From positions 322,234 through 386,233 of the forward strand of contig JAHCIJ010000002.1 of assembly GCA_026129255.1 (NCBI GenBank): 64,000 nucleotides of DNA, in the 5' to 3' direction. This document shows positions 45,043 through 53,494 of this stretch, in pieces. Below the pieces are notes generated by a model. That model saw only the letters and a program-made list of their open reading frames with translations. It was not told the origin of the DNA and searched no databases. The stretch is from Anaerolineales bacterium (GTDB taxonomy: Bacteria; Chloroflexota; Anaerolineae; Anaerolineales; UBA11579). The position numbers and the translations under genes are program-made. Within the stretch, counting starts at the first letter, position 1. The number at the start of each line of letters is the position of its first letter.

Positions 45043-45723
45043 ATGATGCCAATTGGTGATGACAACAGCGGCCGCCACCGCACTCCCGTGGTGACCTATG
45101 CGTTGGTGGCGATCAACGTGATCGTGTTCCTGCTGGAGCTGATGCTGGGGGACGCCTTCATTGTAGAGTGGGCTTTTGTGCCGGCGCGCTTCGTGCAGAA
45201 CCCGTTCTGGGAATCGACCACGATCTTCAGCGCCATGTTCATGCATGCTGGTGTTGTGCACCTGGGCGGCAACCTGCTGTACCTGTGGATCTTTGGCGAC
45301 AATGTAGAGGACAACTTTGGCCGCCTCAAGTTTTTGATCTTTTATCTCGTCTGCGGCGTCGGCGCCACCTTCCTGCAGTTTTACTTCACGCCCAACTCCA
45401 ACATCCCCAACCTGGGCGCCTCAGGCGCCATTGCCGGTGTGCTGGGCGCCTACCTGGTGATGTTCCCCGGCCGCCGCATCAATGTGCTGGTGGGGCGCTT
45501 CATCACGCAGATGAATGCGTTGATCGTGATCGGCTTGTGGTTCGTGCTGCAGCTGTTCAGCGGCATCGGCTCGCTGGACCCCAGCGCCGCCGATGTGGGC
45601 GGCGTGGCCTACATGGCGCACATCGGCGGCTTCATTGCTGGTTTTGTGCTCTCGTTTATCTTCCGGGATAGCAGCCGCCTGCGGCAGTTGCCGCCGCCGA
45701 GTAGTGGGCGCTACTTGGGTTAG
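45043..45723 (+). CDS. Rhomboid-family intramembrane serine protease
   Basis: FMHAGVVHLGGNLLYLWIFG...GASGAIAGVLGAYL...AHIGGFIAGF carries the catalytic Ser and His motifs. Confidence 0.9.
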   Translation: MMPIGDDNSGRHRTPVVTYALVAINVIVFLLELMLGDAFIVEWAFVPARFVQNPFWESTTIFSAMFMHAGVVHLGGNLLYLWIFGDNVEDNFGRLKFLIFYLVCGVGATFLQFYFTPNSNIPNLGASGAIAGVLGAYLVMFPGRRINVLVGRFITQMNALIVIGLWFVLQLFSGIGSLDPSAADVGGVAYMAHIGGFIAGFVLSFIFRDSSRLRQLPPPSSGRYLG

Positions 45724-45772
45724 GGTGCAGTTTATCTAAGACAGATTCATCCACAGATGAACACAGATGAGT

Positions 45773-45809
45773 AAAGGGATGCAAATAGATACATCCCTTT
45801 ATTCTTTTT
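45773..45809. terminator. Bidirectional intrinsic terminator
   Basis: aaagggatg-caaatagata-catcccttt followed by attcttttt. Confidence 0.75.
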
Positions 45810-45825
45810 AACTACAGGAGACGGA

Positions 45826-46197
45826 TTATTTCGATTGGCGCAGCCCGAAGTGGGTGAAGAGCGCTGAGATCAGGACGCGTAGCGCCACATTCGCCCAGAT
45901 GAGGGGTGACAAGCCCTGGAGGTTGGCATAGACCTCTAAGATGGCGGTGGTCATGTGGAAGACGATGAAACTCAGTACGATCGCTCTGCGTGCCCCGTGA
46001 TCGGAGATCCTGGTGGCGACGAAGGATAAATAGGCAACGCCAAATTCGGCCCCGGCCAGTAGGTAGGCGATGATAAATTGCCCTTCATCGAGCTTGACGC
46101 CCACCGTGGACGGGATGGCGTTAGGCACCACAACCAATGCAATGCCTGCTGCAAGGGTGACCAGGGCGTGAAAGATAAAGAGCCGGTTTAGAGTCAC
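45826..46197 (-). CDS. Small 4-TM membrane protein
   Basis: GTG at 46197 lies 7 nt after AAGAGG. (M)TLNRLFIFHALVTLAAGIALVVVPN... Confidence 0.5.
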   Translation of the reverse strand: MTLNRLFIFHALVTLAAGIALVVVPNAIPSTVGVKLDEGQFIIAYLLAGAEFGVAYLSFVATRISDHGARRAIVLSFIVFHMTTAILEVYANLQGLSPLIWANVALRVLISALFTHFGLRQSK

Positions 46198-46337
46198 ATG
46201 CACCTCTTGTTTTGCTTCTAGTAGCCTACAACAGTTTATTGCATTAATCGGTCTGGCTACAAGATACAGCTGGGTTGCCCCGCCAAGGCGATGATTCCGG
46301 CTCCAGGCCCTCAAAGCCTAGATGCTATAATTGAACT

Positions 46338-46493
46338 GTGAAGAAGAAGAAGGCTGTGAAGATTAAAGAAACGAAGCAAGCCTATAGCTCTGCTCCCCAA
46401 AAGCAGACGGCTATGCGCGCCGAAGTGCGCAAGGCCTTTGAGAAAGTTTTTGAGCGCAATAAAAAGGCTTGGCAGGAATTAGCAAAGCGCTAG
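46338..46493 (+). CDS. Putative antitoxin (51 aa, basic/helical) upstream of doc
   Basis: Own translation: VKKKKAVKIKETKQAYSSAPQKQTAMRAEVRKAFEKVFERNKKAWQELAKR. It overlaps the doc ORF start and lies in a low-GC patch. Confidence 0.4.
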   Translation: MKKKKAVKIKETKQAYSSAPQKQTAMRAEVRKAFEKVFERNKKAWQELAKR

Positions 46494-46895
46494 TATTTCT
46501 TACCTTTCGGGATGTCCTCTCGATCAATGAGACGGTCATCCAAAGGAGCGGGGGTTTCTTTGCCCCGCCTGATAATCTACTCAACACAAATAGCCTGCTA
46601 TGGGTTCTGGAAGCAATTCAAGGGCAAACTGTTTTTGGCTCTGATTCATATGCCGCTCTAAGCGATAAGGCCTCGTTAATCGCTTGGACAATTATCAATG
46701 ACCATGTCTTTAACGATGGCAACAAGCGCACTGGCATGCTATGCATGGCGATATTCCTGGAAATCAAATGGAGTCAGCCTACTAACCTCCGATGACCAAA
46801 TTGTCACAATGGCATTGAAAATTGCAACTCACCGAGAACAAAACTTCACCAGGTCAATGCTTGTCACTTGGATCAGTGAGCATGGTGCCGGATAG
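46469..46895 (+). pseudogene. doc: Fic/Doc-family toxin (death-on-curing), interrupted by a 1-nt frameshift
   Basis: HVFNDGNKRTGMLCMAIFLEI is the Fic/Doc HxFxDGNKR motif. The reading continues in another frame as NGVSLLTSDDQIVTMALKIATHREQNF...(46698..46895 ORF). The shift maps to the A-run at about 46766. Confidence 0.7.
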
Positions 46896-47022
46896 CGGCC
46901 CCGCGTACATCTGAAATTTAAAGACAGACCAGCACATAGGTAAAGAGTTTGCTTGACAGCCTCATCTGATGAGACTGAGTTTGCGCTTGATGACTTACAC
47001 TTAGGCAATAAAAGGGGGAACT

Positions 47023-48777
47023 ATGCAAGAGCTAGCGTATTTTCAATCTATAGCACAAAACATGATTGCGGCAGACCGGGAGCGCGATGAGATGTTGCGC
47101 GCCATGGACGCCATGTGGCACAACCGCTGGCAACTGCCGCCGCCGCTGCAGGCGGTGGGCTGGGTGCACAAGGTGGTCAGCACGGACCCGCACGACGCCG
47201 TGAGGGCTGGGACGCGCGTGCTGAGCGCCGTGGCGCCGCGCATCAGCGTGCAACCGCTGAACGAAGACGCCGCCGGGCGCGGCCAGGCCGAGCGCATGGA
47301 GCGAGCGCTGGCCTGGCACTTCCGCAATGCCACCCGCCGCCGTCGCGCCAGCGTGCTGCGCGATGTGGTGCTGAGCGCGCTGCTGTACGACGAGGTGGTG
47401 GCGCAGGTGGTGTACCTGCCAGCCCAGCAGCAGGCTGTGCGCACCCTGGGCGCCTCCGCCTTAGCCGGCGGCTTAGCCCACAGCTTGCGCTTTGGGCCCT
47501 TCGCTATCATCGTGCGCAACCCGCAGCATGTGCATGTGCGCTACTCTGACTGGCAGCCGGAGGCGGTGCTGCTGAAGCAGGTGATGCGCGTGGACGAGGC
47601 GGCCGCCTTTTGGGGGGATGTACTGGTCGAGAAACTGCAAAAACCAGCCAGGGGATTGCTTCGTCGCCCCGCTGCCGTGCAGCGTACCGCTGCGCAGCAG
47701 CGTACTCCTCGCAATGACGAAATGGCGACCCATCTGACTATTTTCGACTACATGGATACTGAGCAGCGCGCCGTGTGGGCTGTGCTGCAGCCGGATGCGG
47801 CCGCAGTGGCTGAGCCGACCGGCAGCGAGCAAGCGGCCGCCATCGAGATCCTGCGTGAGGCGCACGGCCTGGGCTTTTTGCCGTGGGCGGCCAAGGTGGG
47901 CGGCACCACGCTGCATGGCGGCGGCTTGCAGCGCATCCCGCTGCTGGCCTCGGTGTACCAGTCTCGGCAATGGGATACCCAAAATATTGTCGAGACGCTG
48001 CTGGCTTCGGAGGTGATCGCCTACGCGGCAGCGCCGCGCCTCAAGGTGGAGGGGCCGAGCGCTGAGGTGGATGTGGATTACGGCGAGCCGGGCCGCGTGG
48101 TGCATGTGCCACCCGGCCACCAGCTCAACCCGCTGGCCGCGCCGGGGCTGGACGAGAGCCTGGCGCGCATCGCTGAGCGCGTGGCCGAGCGCATGGGCAA
48201 GAGCACGGTGCCACGCGTGCTGCAGACCGCAGACTTCCCGGGCGGCACGGCCTTCGCCACGCTCAACTTGGCCACGCAAAGCGGCATCAAGAGTCTGACG
48301 CCTTACAAGGAGCTGGCCGAAGACGCGCTGGCCGAGGTGTTTCACCTGATGCTGCACTGGGTGCAGCACAGCGGCGAGCCATTGAGCGCCTATGTGAGCA
48401 AACGCGGCCGCCGCGAGACGATCGCGCTCGATCCGGCGGAGGGCGATCTGACGCAGGTGCTGATCGATGTGGAGTTGACCGCCGATGTGCCCACCGATCG
48501 CATGGCGCGTATCAATGCCGCCAGCATGGCGGTGCGTGACCTGGGCTACAGCCGTGAGCGGGCGCTGGAGCAGATCGGCGAGACGGATGCGAAAGAGGTG
48601 ATGGCGCAGGCCGAGCAGGAGCAGTTGGCCGCGGCGCGGCTGGAAGCACGCAAGCGCCGCCTGCTGGCGGATGCGGAGCCGCCGGAACCTAACCGCCGCG
48701 GCTTTGACCCGGCGGCGGGCGGCCTGCCGCCGGTGATGGCGGACCCGGAGGGCGTGGCAGGGGCGAATACGGAGTAG
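47023..48777 (+). CDS. Putative phage portal protein
   Basis: The 584-aa ORF follows AAAAGGGGGAACT. Size, an acidic/helical C-terminus (EQEQLAAARLEARKRRLL) and co-occurrence with terL and the capsid gene suggest a portal. No motif-level proof is possible by eye. Confidence 0.5.
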   Translation: MQELAYFQSIAQNMIAADRERDEMLRAMDAMWHNRWQLPPPLQAVGWVHKVVSTDPHDAVRAGTRVLSAVAPRISVQPLNEDAAGRGQAERMERALAWHFRNATRRRRASVLRDVVLSALLYDEVVAQVVYLPAQQQAVRTLGASALAGGLAHSLRFGPFAIIVRNPQHVHVRYSDWQPEAVLLKQVMRVDEAAAFWGDVLVEKLQKPARGLLRRPAAVQRTAAQQRTPRNDEMATHLTIFDYMDTEQRAVWAVLQPDAAAVAEPTGSEQAAAIEILREAHGLGFLPWAAKVGGTTLHGGGLQRIPLLASVYQSRQWDTQNIVETLLASEVIAYAAAPRLKVEGPSAEVDVDYGEPGRVVHVPPGHQLNPLAAPGLDESLARIAERVAERMGKSTVPRVLQTADFPGGTAFATLNLATQSGIKSLTPYKELAEDALAEVFHLMLHWVQHSGEPLSAYVSKRGRRETIALDPAEGDLTQVLIDVELTADVPTDRMARINAASMAVRDLGYSRERALEQIGETDAKEVMAQAEQEQLAAARLEARKRRLLADAEPPEPNRRGFDPAAGGLPPVMADPEGVAGANTE

Positions 48778-48784
48778 GGGGTAG

Positions 48785-48820
48785 CCAAGGGGCGAGGCGG
48801 TAACAAGCCTCGCCCCTTGG
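48785..48820 (+). terminator. 13-bp-stem hairpin after the portal gene
   Basis: ccaaggggcgagg-cggtaacaag-cctcgccccttgg. Confidence 0.55.
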
Positions 48821-48824
48821 TTGC

Positions 48825-49431
48825 CATTGCGAGGCGCAAGCTCCGCAGGAGCTGCGCACGAAGCAATCTGCTAGTTTAGGTTGAGGACCACTTGTGAGGG
48901 TAGGTGGACACCTTGCTTTGGGATTGCTTCGTCCGCGCTGCTGCGCAGCGCTGTCCTCACAATGACAGTAGATGTAAGGGGCGTACGCGCTGGTGACCTG
49001 ACTCGACTTTGCTTGCCCTAAAAGGATTCCTCGGTTAGCGCAACTCACAACTGGCTATTCGTAAAAACACCACCTCGGAATGACGTAGAACACAAGACGC
49101 AGCATGCTGCGCACGCTGTAAGTCTGTCATTGCGAGGCGCAAGCTCCGCAGGAGCTGCGCACGAAGCAATCTGCTAGTTTGGGTTGAGGACCACTTGTGA
49201 GGGTAAGTGGACATCTGGCTTGGGGATTGCTTCGTCCGCGCTGCTGCGCAGCGCAGTCCTCGCAATGACAGTAGATGTAGGGCGTACGCGCTGGCGACCC
49301 TGACTCGACTTTGCTTGCCCTAAAGGATTCCTCGGTTAACGCAACTGACAAACTGGCTATTCGTAAAAATGCCACCTCGGAATGACGTAGAACACAAGGC
49401 GCAGCATGCTGCGCACGAAGCAATCTGCTAG
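48825..49431. repeat. About 303-bp tandem repeat x 2, each unit a nested palindromic element
   Basis: cattgcgaggcgcaagctccgcaggagctgcgcacgaagcaatctgctagttt...gggattgcttcgtccgcgctgctgcgcagcgc.gtcctc.caatgacagtagatgta... The unit starts at 48825 and again at 49128. Confidence 0.9.
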
Positions 49432-50223
49432 TTACATTGTGAGCCCGATGTCGAAGGTGGTGGAGTAGCCTTCGGCTTGAGGGGTCAGAGTCAGCAGAGT
49501 CTGTCCGCCGCTTTGGCCGTAGATGCCATCCTGGCTGTTGCGCAAAAAGCTTCCCGCCTTGGCATAGTCGGTCTGGCTGGCATAGATCTGCTCCGAGAGG
49601 GAATCCTCGAAGAAGACCTGCGAGGTGAAATCGAAGCCAGAGTCTGCTGGCGGGTAGTTGCGGATCTTGAAATGGATATGCACGGCGCGGCCTTGGTACC
49701 AGCCGGGGTAAATGGTGGTGAAGCGTGCCAGGCCATTGGCATCGGTGACCTGGTAGCCGCGCAGGAACTTCTGCCCGGCTGTGCTGCCAAAGTTGGGATC
49801 GGAGGCGTCTGAGTACACGCCCTGGGCGTCACAATGCCAGATGTCCACCATGGCGCCTGAGAGGGGCTGGCAGGCGTTGTCTTTCACCGTGGAGACCAGA
49901 AAGGTGAGCGCCAGCGGGACGCCTGCTCGCACCGAGCCATCGCTCGGATCACTGCGGATGTCTGCGCGCTCCAGGCGCTCGTCTACGAAATACGGCCCTT
50001 CGGTGAGCTCCGGGCGGGCGATGCAGGCCGGCAGGCTGGCTGCGGTGGCCGGAGCGCCGGTGGCGGCCGTGGTGCTGGTGGCGGCTGCCGTGGAAGTTGC
50101 CAGTGCCTGCTGCACGGCCTCTGGGGCGCAGGCGGCCAAGAGTGCGGCGCCACTTAGCCCGAACAGCGTGAGCGCCTCGCGCCGTGAGAGGATTTGACCT
50201 ATGGGCTTGTCGTCGTTGTCCAT
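49432..50223 (-). CDS. Tat-exported intradiol ring-cleavage dioxygenase-family protein
   Basis: SRREALTLFGLSGAALLAACAP is a twin-arginine signal. The dioxygenase core is ...YFVDERLERADIRSD...DIWHCDAQGVYS...GWYQGRAVHIHFKI. Confidence 0.75.
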   Translation of the reverse strand: MDNDDKPIGQILSRREALTLFGLSGAALLAACAPEAVQQALATSTAAATSTTAATGAPATAASLPACIARPELTEGPYFVDERLERADIRSDPSDGSVRAGVPLALTFLVSTVKDNACQPLSGAMVDIWHCDAQGVYSDASDPNFGSTAGQKFLRGYQVTDANGLARFTTIYPGWYQGRAVHIHFKIRNYPPADSGFDFTSQVFFEDSLSEQIYASQTDYAKAGSFLRNSQDGIYGQSGGQTLLTLTPQAEGYSTTFDIGLTM

Positions 50224-50360
50224 GCTTGGATACTACTGCAGCCAGATGAAAGAAAACTGTGAACTTGTACTGGATCTGCTAAGCAGGGCAAGTGTGTTGT
50301 GAGAACGGGACGAAAGCAGTTAACCATTACAATTTCCATAAGAAGGGAGTGTTTAAAAAA

Positions 50361-50939
50361 ATGACGTATTCCAAAATTGCCTGGATCATGCTGATTGGTT
50401 CTAGCCTGTTTTTACTGGCTGCTTTTAATCCCTCCGCCATGGCTTTTGCGGCGCGCACCCCGGAGACCAAGCTCGACATACTGAACAAACTGCCCAGATT
50501 ATGGGTGGTTTCTCAATTTGGATTTGGCTTTGGGGCCATTCTTCCGGCCATCGGTTATCTGCTTTTGGCGCGCGGCCCCTATGGAGCCAATACGCCGTTT
50601 CCAGGCATCCTTACCGCGGTATCGATCGGCATGCTGATCGGCGCGGGCTTGTGGGGTATCAACTTGGTCCAACGCGCAAGCGATTTTGAAGGCTTTGCCC
50701 GCGGCGCTCATGCCAATTGGCCTTTTGTGGTCTACACGGTTTTGACCTTAGTGGGTTTGGCGGTCTGGGGCTATGCGTATCTTCAGGGAAACATGCCCGC
50801 TTGGATCGGTTGGGGCACTTTAGGGCCGGCGGTGGCTCTGTTTGTGTTGTTCATCGTTTTTAAAGATATGCCGCCCTTTGTTTACTATCTCGTGAACCTG
50901 GAGCTTATCTGGGTGCTGTTCAAGCACGCGCCGAAATAA
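50361..50939 (+). CDS. Hypothetical multi-TM membrane protein
   Basis: AAGAAGGGAG RBS. MTYSKIAWIMLIGSSLFLLAAFNPS... GC is lower than in the flanks. Confidence 0.55.
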   Translation: MTYSKIAWIMLIGSSLFLLAAFNPSAMAFAARTPETKLDILNKLPRLWVVSQFGFGFGAILPAIGYLLLARGPYGANTPFPGILTAVSIGMLIGAGLWGINLVQRASDFEGFARGAHANWPFVVYTVLTLVGLAVWGYAYLQGNMPAWIGWGTLGPAVALFVLFIVFKDMPPFVYYLVNLELIWVLFKHAPK

Positions 50940-50943
50940 CTGG

Positions 50944-51447
50944 CTACTCAGCTTCGCTGAGCGACGCTTCTGCAGTCAACGGTTGGCTGGCGTCAATAGT
51001 CCAAGCAGAGAGGGTGCTGCGTGCTCCGCACGCGGTGCTGCGCACGCGGCAGAAGCTACTCAGCTTCGCTGAGCGACGCTTCTGCGGTGAGCGATTGCCC
51101 CAGCATCGATAATCCAGGCAGAGAGGTGCTGCGTGCTGCGCACGCGGCAGAAGCTACTCAGCTTTCGCTGAGCGACGCTTCTGCAGTCAACGGTTGGCTG
51201 GCGCCAATAATCCATGCGCTGGGGTGCTGCGTGCTACGCACGCGGCAGAAGCTACTCAGCTTCGCTGAGCGACGCTTCTGCGGTGAGCGATTGCCCAGCA
51301 TCGATAATCCAGGCGGAGAGGGTGCTGCGTGCTGCGCACGCGGCAGAAGCTACTCAGCTTCGCTGAGCGACGCTTCTGCGGTAAGTGATTGCCCAGCGTC
51401 AATAGTCCAGGCAGAGGGGTGTTGGGTGAAGCCGATGTGGGGGTAAT
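50944..51447. repeat. Five tandem ~98-112-bp units; the last is the real 3' end of the GNAT gene and the other four are downstream ghost copies
   Basis: ctactcagcttcgctgagcgacgcttctgc... starts at 50944, 51056, 51154, 51252 and 51350. Two sequence variants alternate. 51350 is the GNAT stop codon. Confidence 0.9.
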
Positions 51448-51790
51448 AGTCCACCGCGGCGGGGGCGGCCAGCAGGATCAGCTTGGCCTCAGGTTGCAGA
51501 GCGGCTTGCGTGTGGCGGATGAGTTGCTTGCCGATGCCGCCTTTTTGGTGGCTGGCGCGTACGGCCAGGTCAGACAGATAGCAGCAATAGACCCAATCGG
51601 TCACTGAGCGGGCAATCCCCACCAGCAGCTTGCCATCCCAGGCGGTTACGGTGAGGTTGGCGTTGGCCAGCATTTTGGCCATGCGCTCGGCGTCATCCAC
51701 CGGGCGGCGGACGCCGAGGGTGCTGGCGCGGTACAGCTCGATAGCGGCGTCCAGCTCCAGGGGGACATTTAGGCGGTATTCAACGGGCAT
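51350..51790 (-). CDS. GNAT-family N-acetyltransferase
   Basis: AGGAG RBS. MPVEYRLNV...YLSDLAVRASHQKGGIGKQLIRH carries the acetyl-CoA motif A (Q/RxxGxG/A). Confidence 0.8.
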   Translation of the reverse strand: MPVEYRLNVPLELDAAIELYRASTLGVRRPVDDAERMAKMLANANLTVTAWDGKLLVGIARSVTDWVYCCYLSDLAVRASHQKGGIGKQLIRHTQAALQPEAKLILLAAPAAVDYYPHIGFTQHPSAWTIDAGQSLTAEASLSEAE

Positions 51791-51909
51791 GCAAGCTCCT
51801 GAAGGGTAGGATGGGACAAAATGCCATCTTGGGCGGGATAATAGCACCTAACCTCGTTGGTGCCTCTCCTTTATTGTAGTGGGACTATCTGTATCCCGAG
51901 GAGAGCTAT

Positions 51910-53394
51910 ATGCCACAAACAAAACACGTCCTTCCTATTTTCTTCATCCTGCTGTTGACCGTTTTGCTCACGGGGTGCTACTCCATCCAGCGTGAGCAGG
52001 TCTCGATCCAGGCCACGTTGAGCGCCATGCAGGACCAGATGCAAGGCACAGGCATGGGCGGCGACCATGCGATGGGTGGCACCAGCAGCGTCCCGGTCAG
52101 CCCGGCCGAGGTGCCGGATGGCCCGGCGGATGTCTCCTACACGCTCACCACCGGCACCAGCGGTCACAACCTGGTGTTCATTGGCGTAGGCGGGGAGATC
52201 GACGGCGCGCTCAACCCCACGTTGGTAGCGCAGCCCGGCGACATTGTGGAGATCACCCTGGTCAATGCCGAAGCCGTGCAGCACAACTTGCAGATTGACG
52301 ACTTTGGAGTGGACACCGGCTTTTTGACCTCGCAGGGCGAGGAGCAAACCATCAAGTTCGTTGTGGATCGCGAAGGCAGCTTCACCTACTATTGCATTGT
52401 CCCCGGCCACCAGGCCGCCGGCATGCAGGGCACCCTGCAGGTGGGCAGCGGTGACAGCGCCTCAGCGGCCACGGTGGTGAAGCACCCGGCCGACATCCCC
52501 GCGCCGGTTGGCGCCCGCGGCCCGCAGTTGGTGCAGGCCGAGCTGGTAGCCCAGGAGGTTGTGGGGCAGCTGGCGGATGGCACCACCTATCCGTATTTCA
52601 CCTTCAATGGCAGCGTGCCTGGGCCGTTCATCCGTGCCCGCGTAGGTGACACCGTAGAGATCACCCTGCGCAACGAGACCGAGAGCGCCTTCGTGCACTC
52701 GGTCGACCTGCATGCGGCCACCGGCCCCGGTGGCGGTGGCGATGTGTCGCAGGTGCAGCCCGGCGAGACCAAGGTCTTCACCTTTACGGCTTTGCAGCCG
52801 GGCATCTATGTGTATCACTGCGCCACGCCCAGCGTGCCGCACCACATTGCCAGCGGCATGTTCGGCCTGATCCTCATCGAGCCGGCAGGCGGCTTGCCGC
52901 CGGTGGACCGCGAGTTCTATGTGATGCAGAGCGAGATCTATACGCTGGAGCCGTTCGGCACGCCAGGCGAGCTGACCTTTAGCCATGAGAAGATGTCCAA
53001 CGAGCGGCCGGAGTACTTTGTGTTCAATGGCGCGGTGGGCGCGATGGGTCTGGCGAGCGAAGACTTCATGCTCAACGCCAATGTGGGCGAAACCGTGCGC
53101 ATCTTTATGGGCGTGGGTGGGCCAAACTTCACCTCCTCGTTCCATGTCATCGGTGAGATCTTTGACCGGGCGTATGCGTTCGGGTCGCTGACGGCGCCTC
53201 CGCTCACAGATGTGCAGACGATCAGTGTGCCACCCGGCGGGGCGGTGATGGTGGAGTTCCGCGTGGACTACCCCGGTCATTATGTGCTGGTGGACCATGC
53301 GCTCAGCCGCTTGGAGCGCGGTCTGGTGGGTATCCTGCATGTGGACGGCACGGCGAACCCCAACATCTTCAAAGAAGGGCCAGCTAACCCGTAG
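51910..53394 (+). CDS. nirK: Copper-containing nitrite reductase NirK with an N-terminal cupredoxin domain and a lipoprotein signal
   Basis: LLLTVLLTGCYS has a lipobox. The extra type-1 Cu domain is ...VQHNLQI...YYCIVPGHQAAGMQG. The NirK core is HSVDLHAATGPGGGG...YVYHCATPSVPHHIASGMFGLILIEP. Confidence 0.9.
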   Translation: MPQTKHVLPIFFILLLTVLLTGCYSIQREQVSIQATLSAMQDQMQGTGMGGDHAMGGTSSVPVSPAEVPDGPADVSYTLTTGTSGHNLVFIGVGGEIDGALNPTLVAQPGDIVEITLVNAEAVQHNLQIDDFGVDTGFLTSQGEEQTIKFVVDREGSFTYYCIVPGHQAAGMQGTLQVGSGDSASAATVVKHPADIPAPVGARGPQLVQAELVAQEVVGQLADGTTYPYFTFNGSVPGPFIRARVGDTVEITLRNETESAFVHSVDLHAATGPGGGGDVSQVQPGETKVFTFTALQPGIYVYHCATPSVPHHIASGMFGLILIEPAGGLPPVDREFYVMQSEIYTLEPFGTPGELTFSHEKMSNERPEYFVFNGAVGAMGLASEDFMLNANVGETVRIFMGVGGPNFTSSFHVIGEIFDRAYAFGSLTAPPLTDVQTISVPPGGAVMVEFRVDYPGHYVLVDHALSRLERGLVGILHVDGTANPNIFKEGPANP

Positions 53395-53407
53395 CAGTGA
53401 GTAAACT

Positions 53408-53440
53408 AAAAGAGCGCAGCCATTTGGCTGCGCTCTTTTT
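53408..53440. terminator. Bidirectional intrinsic terminator between nirK and nnrS
   Basis: aaaagagcgcagcc-attt-ggctgcgctcttttt. Confidence 0.85.
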
Positions 53441-53448
53441 GATTCATA

Positions 53449-53494
53449 CACGTTGTGTGTGCACGTTGTGTGTGCACGTTGTGTGCACATTGCG
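53449..53494. repeat. 13-bp microsatellite-like tandem repeat
   Basis: cacgttgtgtgtg cacgttgtgtgtg cacgttgtgtg cacattgcg. Confidence 0.85.

Noticed and set aside
46953-46981. Promoter for the portal gene (TTGACA-17-TGAGTT) with the embedded palindrome ctcatc-t-gatgag
   Set aside because: The -35 is perfect but the -10 is poor. The palindrome is short and is not shared with the other phage-type genes. It is too weak to call.
51021-51446. 141-aa ORF spanning the GNAT-tail repeat array, and ORFs 48546..49423 inside the 303-bp repeat
   Set aside because: These frames stay open only because the repeat unit lacks stops. The peptides are repetitive, with no start signals.
50944-51447. Possible CRISPR array (regular ~98-bp periodicity); likewise 60775..61025 and 48825..49431
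   Set aside because: Whole units are repeated, with no unique spacers between short conserved repeats. The unit lengths are wrong, there are no cas genes, and one array is simply copies of a gene's 3' end.
51848-51909. FNR/NnrR-type box (TTGAT-N4-ATCAA) upstream of nirK, or upstream of nnrS (54572..54700)
   Set aside because: I found no convincing match. The nearest string (ttgcgctcaa at about 54658) is only half-palindromic.
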